The position numbers and the translations under genes are program-made. Shown here piece by piece: positions 1 to 7,900 of a DNA stretch of 13,286 nucleotides. Each line of letters starts with the position of its first letter. Positions within the stretch are counted from its first letter, which is position 1. The notes beneath the pieces are model-generated. The model saw only the letters and a program-made list of their open reading frames with translations, did no database searches and was not told the DNA's origin. This DNA comes from Selaginella moellendorffii (Eukaryota > Plantae > Lycopodiophyta), in the NCBI RefSeq assembly GCF_000143415.4, contig NW_003314416.1, positions 1 through 13,286 of the forward strand. The letters run 5' to 3'.

Positions 1-43
1 AAGAATGAAACATCTCGTAACCCGAACTAGTAGGGTCCAACAA

Positions 44-2434
44 GGTATGCCCCTTCCAGGCTGCGGCGCCGTGCTTCAGGACATGAACCAAGCCTCAAAG
101 GAGGACCTCCTATCCTCAGCCTTTGCAGACGACACAAGCCTGATCGTGGAGGGATCACCGGAGAACCTCTCAAGCGTCAAAAGGGACCTGGACTTTTTCA
201 ATGAGGCCATGGGATCGAGAATAAACTGGCACAAATCGGTAGGACTATGGCTCCCCCCCAGCAGACCTCCAACATGGGGCACGGAGCTGGGCTTCAAATG
301 GCTGGACACGGAGGAGACCACCCGCTACCTTGGATTCCAAGTGGGACGCCAGTATGATCCAGAACCCCAGAACCAAAAAGCAGTAACAAAACTAAGGGAT
401 CAACTCAAGTTCTGGGCGAGCAGAAAACTATCGTTCTCAGCACGCTGCGTGGTGGCTAACAGCATCCTACTTGGAGCGATCTGGTTCCTGGCAGCATGCT
501 GGAACATGGACAAGCGAACGATCCAGGAAATGAACCAACTCATTCGAACCTATGTCTGGAAAGGCTCCTCCTGCGTGTCGCGTGGTGGAGCAAAGGTCAA
601 CTGGCGGTCAGTAACACTTCCGAAGCACGAAGGTGGCCTCAATATTATTGACATCGAAGAACAATGCAAGGCTCTTCTCTTCAAAATTTTCACAAGGATG
701 CTCATGCCTGGCCACCAACCATGGAGAATACTGCTGCGAGCACAATTTTTGAAAGTCCTCCCGGACAGGAACGAGCACACCAGACAAAACTGGGCGCCAG
801 ACGAACAATGGCTCTTCTCAGACACCAAACTCAAAATGACAAAGGCTCACACGTTCTCAGGAAAGCTGTTCAAGCTCTGGAGGCAATTCAAGTGCAAGCT
901 GGAACGTAAACCACCTCGTACCAAAGAACAACTGGACCGGCAGCCAATTTTCCTGAGCAAACTCTTCGCTGTCAACGGTAAAACGCTCGGAGCTTCAGAG
1001 GATCGTGGCCTGGACCAGACATGCAGAGACCTGCACAGAGCAGGGATGAGAACCTTCGCAGAGGCAGACACCATGATCCAGCCCAACCAGGCGGCCCACA
1101 ATCGCGACCGCATCAGTACTTTCTACGGATTAACCATCTCAGAACACAGGATGCGTAAATTCCAGACAGCCTTTTTAGCAGCCAAACACGCATGCCTTGA
1201 ACGACTAAACCTGCAAGAGAATCAACACCATCGTTGGTGGAAGGTGGACGAATCGATTGTATGCACCCTCCCCAACATGGCATCGGGACTAGTCTTCAAG
1301 GTAGGACAGGCTGGACGCTTGTACCCCATCGTTACCCCCGAGTACGAGGACCTCCCCGACATGAGTAGGGCCAAACCGATCAGAGTGATTCAAATGGAGA
1401 AAAAAACTGCCAACGTTGATCCACTGATCCCAAAAAACCAATATGCCCGCCTCTACTGGTTCCGCCAACAAACCCTGGACGAACTCAAGTGGGATCCTGC
1501 AGAGTGGCATTGGAGGGGAACCACGTGCAAGGACTTCTTCCAGTACGAGACCAAGCTGGGCCGCAAGCTGATCAGGGTGCCAACTCGATCCTCCCTCATC
1601 CGGAAAGCAAAGGCCCAACAGATCCGTTCCAGGAACCACTCACACTGCATCAACAAGATCTGGAAAGGGCGCTGGTCAGCTAAGAACCGCTACTTCATGT
1701 GGCTGGCCCAACAAGAACGTCTTCCCTCCCTGGTCGCCATACATCTTCCGAACACAGCCTGCAAGACCTGTGGCGCCACAGAAACACAGCGACACATCTT
1801 ATGGGAATGTCCGGCAGCACAGGAAGTATGGGAAGGTGCAGCAGCGGTGCTCAAACAAACGTCAACCGGAGGAGCTGCAATCACATACGAATCAGCGCTC
1901 TGGGGTAGCTTCATCCAAGGAAAGACAAAGAATCCTGATGCATGGAAGTGGAGACACAATGAGGCCCCACACTTTGATCAACTCAACCAAACTCGGACAC
2001 ACATTACGCACCTCCACCAGGAGCTCTTTGATGCGCTTCGGGGATGCACACTAGCAGAGATATGGAAGGCTCGCTGCGCCAGGCTGTTCCAGGACACGGA
2101 CCCCTCGGCTCGAGCAACTATCTCAAAGGTTTGGTCCAGACTGATCGTCTCACTCGCGGCCCGCCTGGACACGCTGATCAAACGAGGCGAGGAAGGGAAG
2201 ATAGCGAAGGAGAAGAAGCTGTGGCCGTTTTTTAGAGGAAGAAGCGAGGCTGGCGAAGAAGAATGGACGTGGAAGCCACCAATATGGATTTGGCAGCACA
2301 TGTTCAGGAACGAAAGCACGTGTACCTCCCCGAGTCGACAGAGTTCCACATCAGGAACTTCGGAAGCTTGGAGCTCAGACATCACGGACTCGAGTACCAG
2401 TTCTACTTCGTCCCCCTCGTCCCACCCCCCCTAA
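44..2434 (+). CDS. ORF2 of copy A, 5'-partial (RT FADD motif and thumb, linker, zf-RVT-like CCHC finger)
   Basis: From GMPLP onward it is nearly identical to 7042-9432. The ATG at 5 lies in the poorly matching first 41 bases and is not a credible start. Confidence 0.9.
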   Translation, partial: GMPLPGCGAVLQDMNQASKEDLLSSAFADDTSLIVEGSPENLSSVKRDLDFFNEAMGSRINWHKSVGLWLPPSRPPTWGTELGFKWLDTEETTRYLGFQVGRQYDPEPQNQKAVTKLRDQLKFWASRKLSFSARCVVANSILLGAIWFLAACWNMDKRTIQEMNQLIRTYVWKGSSCVSRGGAKVNWRSVTLPKHEGGLNIIDIEEQCKALLFKIFTRMLMPGHQPWRILLRAQFLKVLPDRNEHTRQNWAPDEQWLFSDTKLKMTKAHTFSGKLFKLWRQFKCKLERKPPRTKEQLDRQPIFLSKLFAVNGKTLGASEDRGLDQTCRDLHRAGMRTFAEADTMIQPNQAAHNRDRISTFYGLTISEHRMRKFQTAFLAAKHACLERLNLQENQHHRWWKVDESIVCTLPNMASGLVFKVGQAGRLYPIVTPEYEDLPDMSRAKPIRVIQMEKKTANVDPLIPKNQYARLYWFRQQTLDELKWDPAEWHWRGTTCKDFFQYETKLGRKLIRVPTRSSLIRKAKAQQIRSRNHSHCINKIWKGRWSAKNRYFMWLAQQERLPSLVAIHLPNTACKTCGATETQRHILWECPAAQEVWEGAAAVLKQTSTGGAAITYESALWGSFIQGKTKNPDAWKWRHNEAPHFDQLNQTRTHITHLHQELFDALRGCTLAEIWKARCARLFQDTDPSARATISKVWSRLIVSLAARLDTLIKRGEEGKIAKEKKLWPFFRGRSEAGEEEWTWKPPIWIWQHMFRNESTCTSPSRQSSTSGTSEAWSSDITDSSTSSTSSPSSHPP

Positions 2435-2526
2435 AAATCTTGAAGAGCTCTTTCCCGGTTTCGAGCGTGTCGAAATCGGACTCTATGGTTTATAGAGGCT
2501 AAACTAAATAAAACCCCATTGACAAA
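2435..2526 (+). terminator. 3' UTR with two stem-loops and AATAAA polyadenylation signal (copy A)
   Basis: Hairpin 2455-2479 (10-bp stem with one G-U), hairpin 2481-2497, AATAAA 2507-2512, CAAA 2523-2526. Confidence 0.6.
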
Positions 2527-2936
2527 GTCGGACTAGACGCACGGTCCAGAACAGAAGCGAAAGACGACGAAGGAAAAGAAAAATGACGTCACCATCCCCC
2601 ACGTGTCACCAGGGAACATTCCCCCCCCCACGTCGCCATCACCCCGACAATCATCAAGAGGGCAGTCCTCGAACCAACACAACGTACGGCGGGAGAATCG
2701 CCAAGATCGCGTTACATCACCAAAATCCAAGGCGAACTTAAGACGGAGCACGTCCAATCACACGCGTCCACGTACTCCCCCGCCAAGAGCAGCAGCAACA
2801 ACCCTAAACTTGCCCTTGCCCGGAAAAGTGGAATCGAGCTCGAGAGCGACCGGAGAGCGGAAGAAAGCAAGCAGAGCAAAGAGAAAAGGAGAGGAGCATC
2901 ACGCCAACAACCAAGAGGACCGGAACAAAGAAGGAA
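2527..2936 (+). promoter_or_regulatory. Putative 5' UTR / internal Pol II promoter of copy B
   Basis: Lies between the upstream AATAAA and the ORF1 ATG. CpG-rich. Contains six ACGT cores, TGACGTCA, CACGTG, an E2F-type site, CCAAT and a telobox-like motif. Confidence 0.5.
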
Positions 2937-4979
2937 ATGCCGCGTACAAAGAACATGCGAAAGCGCGGTCCACCACTGGAAGACGAACTGGAAGAGCCCC
3001 CTCACACGGACATGACTCAGAACACCCCTGACGATGAGGAGAGACCTGCGGCGGCGCCTCGACCAGAAACGAGAAGCACGGGGACGAAACTCTCGATCAA
3101 GCTCAAGCAGCGCCCACCGCCGCCCCCGAAGGACAACGAAGCTGGGGAACCAGAACCAGAACCGACTCGAGCTGCTCCCTCCTCATCCGCTGATACAGTC
3201 AAGATAGCAAAGAAGAAGAACCAAACCGCAACGGGGGGCAAAAAATCAAAGGGAACTTCAGAAGCCTCATCGTCCAAGCAAACAATTATCCCCCCGCCGA
3301 ACACAACACCGCCGGCCAGGACGCCCACATTTGAAAGGATCCCATCGATCTCAGCGTTGGAGGGAATTGGCAAGTACGCGGACGAAACGCTGGAGAACAC
3401 GCCACAACAGATCTCGCCGGACTCACACTCTGCCTCGCCGGGTTTGAGCGCGTTGTTCATGGACACACAGCAGAGGGAACGAGTCATCCAAGCGGCGACA
3501 GAGGAGAGACAGGGGAAAGGGGGGGACCCGGAGGGGGATCAGATCGAAGAGACCATCCCAGCGCTCACAAAGGATCCAGAAACACCAGCCCCGAGAGCTT
3601 CGATTGGGACCACCAAGGAGAAAGCAATTCCAGCCGTCCCGCTCAAGAAGAGGAAGGAGTCGGACGTACTCTATCTCGGATGGACAAGGGTGGAAGAGCT
3701 AGACATGGATGTGAAGAAGACCGTTTCACCCCTTTCAGCTGCTGCACCGGCAATGTCCGACGTCACGGCACCAGCCCCAGGAGAACTACAAGTGGAGGCG
3801 AAAGAGGTCCTCATGGAACTGCAGGAACGTCAAGCCAAGGCAGCCAAGAACTTGATCCTGGCAATCTTTGAAGGGAACAAACCAGACCGGCAAGCAGCAT
3901 TGGAAGGGCTCGAGGATGGCTTCAAAGAGGCAGGAGTGTCGTTCCGGGGGAGACCAGTCACGTTCCTCGGCCGGAACTGCTATAGCGTGGAGGTGAGCAC
4001 GGAGAAAAACCGGCGAGCCCTGGTCCTCAAGCAGAGGGTGACGAGACCAACACACGAGTTGTTCTTCTACAAGTTTCCGCCAGGATTCTCTCCGAGCCAA
4101 AAGGACTTGGTTCACCGCCCAACAATGGAGCTGGATCTACTCGTCGAGGACCTGTGCGAGACAGACAACACCCCGGTGTTCCTGGCAATGATGGTGGAGG
4201 GCTTCGCTCAGTACTTAGGGAAACGGGCGACAAGGGAGGAGTCAGGGGACCAACTCATCCACGTTTTGTACACTGGAAAGGCGCCAATCCCGAATAAGAT
4301 CCGGATCATGGGGAAAGTGCACCCGATCCATATCCAGGAATCTAGGACGACGCCCCCAGCGGCAGCGACACCCTCTAAGCCGACGCAGGACCGGGGAAAA
4401 AGAAGGAGAAGCCCTTCGGCTCAAGGAGGAACATCTAGGCGACAGTCCGACAGAGTGTCAATGCGCAGGGAAGAAACACCGACGGACGGACAAGCTTCGC
4501 CTGAGAGGACAAGAGACCAGTGGGGTGGGCAGCACACAGTCCAACGCTCCCCGTCCCCAGAACGAGCACGAGTGGAGAGATCCCCATCAGAGGACCCGGT
4601 GCCGCGAGGGCGAGCGTCCTCCTCCCGACGGTTCAAGCGACTCAAAGTCAACCTGTGGCTCCATGTAAGCAACACACGTCCCCGGAAGTACCTAGCACTA
4701 TGGAGCGGCCCTCCGGTCGGATATGTCACCCCCACATTCCACATGGCGCGCGATCAGCTCCCAGAGAATGGTGTACACAGCTTTCTGGAAGCGTCCGAGG
4801 TAATCAAGGATCTCAGGTACCATGTGGAAGTTGACAAGGCCACAATCGTGGGCACCAACATGGAGCTGCACGCAGCCCTTCTCACCAAAAGCGGCGTCAT
4901 CCCCGCGAGAGGAGGGAGAGATCGCGAATTCTCGTGGGTGGAACGCGATCGGATCACTACAAACAAGGACAATGACTGA
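2937..4979 (+). CDS. LINE ORF1 protein, 680 aa (putative nucleic-acid-binding/RNP chaperone). Disordered N-terminus, DUF4283/RRM-like core, RS/SP-rich linker, globular C-terminal domain
   Basis: Long ORF directly upstream of APE-RT ORF2. The segment LILAIFEGNKP...FLGRNCYSVEVSTEKNRRALV...LFFYKFPPGFSP follows the pattern of plant L1 ORF1 DUF4283 (recognised by eye). Confidence 0.85.
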   Translation: MPRTKNMRKRGPPLEDELEEPPHTDMTQNTPDDEERPAAAPRPETRSTGTKLSIKLKQRPPPPPKDNEAGEPEPEPTRAAPSSSADTVKIAKKKNQTATGGKKSKGTSEASSSKQTIIPPPNTTPPARTPTFERIPSISALEGIGKYADETLENTPQQISPDSHSASPGLSALFMDTQQRERVIQAATEERQGKGGDPEGDQIEETIPALTKDPETPAPRASIGTTKEKAIPAVPLKKRKESDVLYLGWTRVEELDMDVKKTVSPLSAAAPAMSDVTAPAPGELQVEAKEVLMELQERQAKAAKNLILAIFEGNKPDRQAALEGLEDGFKEAGVSFRGRPVTFLGRNCYSVEVSTEKNRRALVLKQRVTRPTHELFFYKFPPGFSPSQKDLVHRPTMELDLLVEDLCETDNTPVFLAMMVEGFAQYLGKRATREESGDQLIHVLYTGKAPIPNKIRIMGKVHPIHIQESRTTPPAAATPSKPTQDRGKRRRSPSAQGGTSRRQSDRVSMRREETPTDGQASPERTRDQWGGQHTVQRSPSPERARVERSPSEDPVPRGRASSSRRFKRLKVNLWLHVSNTRPRKYLALWSGPPVGYVTPTFHMARDQLPENGVHSFLEASEVIKDLRYHVEVDKATIVGTNMELHAALLTKSGVIPARGGRDREFSWVERDRITTNKDND

Positions 4980-7900
4980 TCTCAGCGTGCTTTCATGGAA
5001 TGTAGGAGGCATTAGTAAGGACAGAGTGCTATGGAGTGACAAGAAGGCGAGGCTACGACAATACCTTCGCCAGTTAGAAGGAGTGTTAGGAAAATGTGAC
5101 TTCCTCTGCTTCCAGGAGCATAGAATGCAAGAACACCAGACAATCTTTAAGTTTTCACAAGGCGAACACTTTTGGAACCCCGCAGTTGGAAGGCGAGGAG
5201 GAACCCTCATCATCGCCAAAGGACCATGGCAATCCCTCGCCACCTCGCACCAGATCCTAATCCCGGGACGTGCTCACATGATAGGGATAAAAGTAAATGC
5301 CCGAACTATAGGCCTGTTGAACATCTACGCCCCGGCTTCCCGATCCACCTCACGAGCCCACTTCTTCCGAGTTCTGCAGCGTCATCTTCCCACTGGAACC
5401 GATGACTGGATCCTGGCTGGTGACTTCAATTTCGTGGATCACGAGGAGGACAAACAGGGAGGCATAATCCAGGATAGACGTACACGTGCGGAACGCCTTG
5501 CATGGAACTCATTCCTCTTACAAATTGGCACCTGTGACGCTTACGAGATCCCGGGTTTTGTGATACATGAACCACGCTTCACATGGCGAGAACGTCAACG
5601 CAGAGGCATACAACGTCGTTTAGACCGCTTCTACCTCACCATGGACCTGTGCATGCAAGGGGGGAAGTTGGACATCGACAACACCTACACGGACTTCTCA
5701 GACCACCGTCCAATTAGACTCACACTTCCCTTTCGAAGATCGAGAGGTCCAAGGAAGCCAATTGCCATACCCAAGAAGTTCTTTGAGGAGCAAGCCAACA
5801 ATAATCGGGCGCACGAGCAATGGGAGAAACACAAGGGGAACCTACACTCCTTCACCCTTCAAATCGCTCAAGAGGCTCGAGCCAAGATCCGGAAAGATAG
5901 GAGAGGCGTCTTTAACACAGTCCAAAAGGTTCGGAGTGTCCTGGCCTCGATCAACACTGACCTTCGCAGCAACCCGGACGACCCATGGCTACAAGCTCAA
6001 AAAATCCAGGTTAAGCGCCAACTGGAAAGGATAGAGGCCGACAAGATGGAAGCCTTCCTAAAAGCAGGGCACATCAGATGGCACGCAAGTGAACTTGCGC
6101 TGAACAGGGAGTTCTATCGATCCATAAGATCTAAAGTGGTCTCCCCACCTATGTTCGGATTGAAGGACGAACAAGGGCAACTGCACACAGAGATTGACGA
6201 CATGCACAACATGGCAGCACACTACTACTCCCAGCTTTTCAAAGAGGAACCATGGGATGAGGCCAGGCAAGAGAAACTTGAAAGAGTGCTGGAGCATATC
6301 CCGACCAAGTACACCCCAGCAATGAACACCAGAGTAATGAGACCTTTTACGCTGCGAGAATTAAAGGACGCCCTGGATGACCTCAAGGACGACAAGATGC
6401 CAGGGGAGGACGGCATGCCACCAGCCTTCTACAAACAAAACTGGGATTGGATCGGACCAGAAGTTCTCAAGATGTGGCAAGAAACCATGCGAGCTGGAAA
6501 GTGGCCAGAAGGAGCTACGGATGGGATCATTGCGCTGATACCAAAAAAAGGAGATATGTCCCACCTCAAGAACTGGAGGCCCATCTCTATGCTGAACACC
6601 ATGTACAAGATCGTAGCAAAAGCCTTGGCATCACGCCTCAAGCCTCTACTCCCAGAAACGATCAAGGAGACGCAGAACGGGTTCGTGGAGGGTAGGCAAA
6701 TCGTGGACAATCTCCTAACAGTGCTGCTGGCGCAAGAACACACCAAAGACATGGCAGAGCAGATTACAATCATTCTCCTGGACTTTGAAAAAGCTTACGA
6801 CCGGGTGGATTGGAAAGTTCTCTAGGCCATAATGATCAAGCAAGGAGTTCCTCTGCAGTTTGTGGAATGGACAGCATCCCTGTACCACTCGGCATCGAGC
6901 AGGGTTACGATCAATGGAACCATGGGACAGTCCTTCAAACTTGAAAGATCAGTCCGCCAAGGATGCCCCCTCGCACCATACCTGTTCCTGTTTGTTGCAG
7001 ATGCTCTGGCCTACTACCTCGCCCGACCACAGGGTCCAAAAGGTATGCCCCTTCCAGGCTGCGGCGCCGCGCTTCAGGACATGAACCAAGCCTCAAAGGA
7101 GGACCTCCTATCCTCAGCCTTTGCAGACGACACAAGCCTGATCGTGGAGGGATCACCGGAGAACCTCTCAAGCGTCAAAAGGGACCTGGACTTTTTCAAT
7201 GAGGCCATGGGATCGAGAATAAACTGGCACAAATCGGTAGGACTATGGCTCCCCCCCGGCAGACCTCCAACATGGGGCACGGAGCTGGGCTTCAAATGGC
7301 TGGACACGGAGGAGACCACCCGCTACCTTGGATTCCAAGTGGGACGCCAGTATGATCCAGAACCCCAGAACCAAAAAGCAGTAACAAAACTAAGGGATCA
7401 ACTCAAGTTCTGGGCGAGCAGAAAACTATCGTTCTCAGCACGCTGCGTGGTGGCTAACAGCATCCTACTTGGAGCGATCTGGTTCCTGGCAGCATGCTGG
7501 AACATGGACAAGCGAACGATCCAGGAAATGAACCAACTCATTCGAACCTATGTCTGGAAAGGCTCCTCCTGCGTGTCGCGTGGTGGAGCAAAGGTCAACT
7601 GGCGGTCAGTAACACTTCCGAAGCACGAAGGTGGCCTCAATATTATTGACATCGAAGAACAATGCAAGGCTCTTCTCTTCAAAATTTTCACAAGGATGCT
7701 CATGCCTGGCCACCAACCATGGAGAATACTGCTGCGAGCACAATTTTTGAAAGTCCTCCCGGACAGGAACGAGCACACCAGACAAAACTGGGCGCCAGAC
7801 GAACAATGGCTCTTCTCAGACACCAAACTCAAAATGACAAAGGCTCACACGTTCTCAGGAAAGCTGTTCAAGCTCTGGAGGCAATTCAAGTGCAAGCTGG

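Larger units (their letters stand above)
32..2526 (+). mobile_element. L1/Tx1-clade LINE, copy A (3' portion: RT C-terminal half, zinc finger, 3' UTR)
   Basis: Matches 7031-9524. Encodes FADD, YLG and CKTC-x7-H-x4-C. The 3' boundary is inferred from AATAAA followed by CAAA. Confidence 0.9.

Noticed and set aside
5-43. ATG at 5 as the start of an independent 809-aa gene
   Set aside because: It begins mid-RT in poorly matching edge sequence, so it is a partial ORF2.
2440-2480. Hammerhead-like TTGAAGA...GAAA arrangement
   Set aside because: The candidate stem II (GCTC/GAGC) is not directly followed by GAAA, and stems I and III cannot be built. The simple hairpin explains the sequence better.
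2429-2808. Plant telomere repeat units CCCTAAA (2429-2435, 2802-2808) and CTAAACTAAA (2499-2508) as a telomeric target
   Set aside because: These are single isolated units with no tandem run, which is insufficient to claim telomere targeting.
2603-3031. 142-aa GTG-initiated ORF overlapping the ORF1 start (possible ORF0)
   Set aside because: It has no ATG. The sense strand here is very T-poor, so another frame is also open for more than 140 codons, and long open frames are expected from composition alone.
4822-4971. 50-aa N-terminal extension of ORF2 in the ORF track
   Set aside because: It starts at GTG inside ORF1. ATG 4972 sits 7 codons before the APE SWNV motif, as is typical for L1 ORF2.
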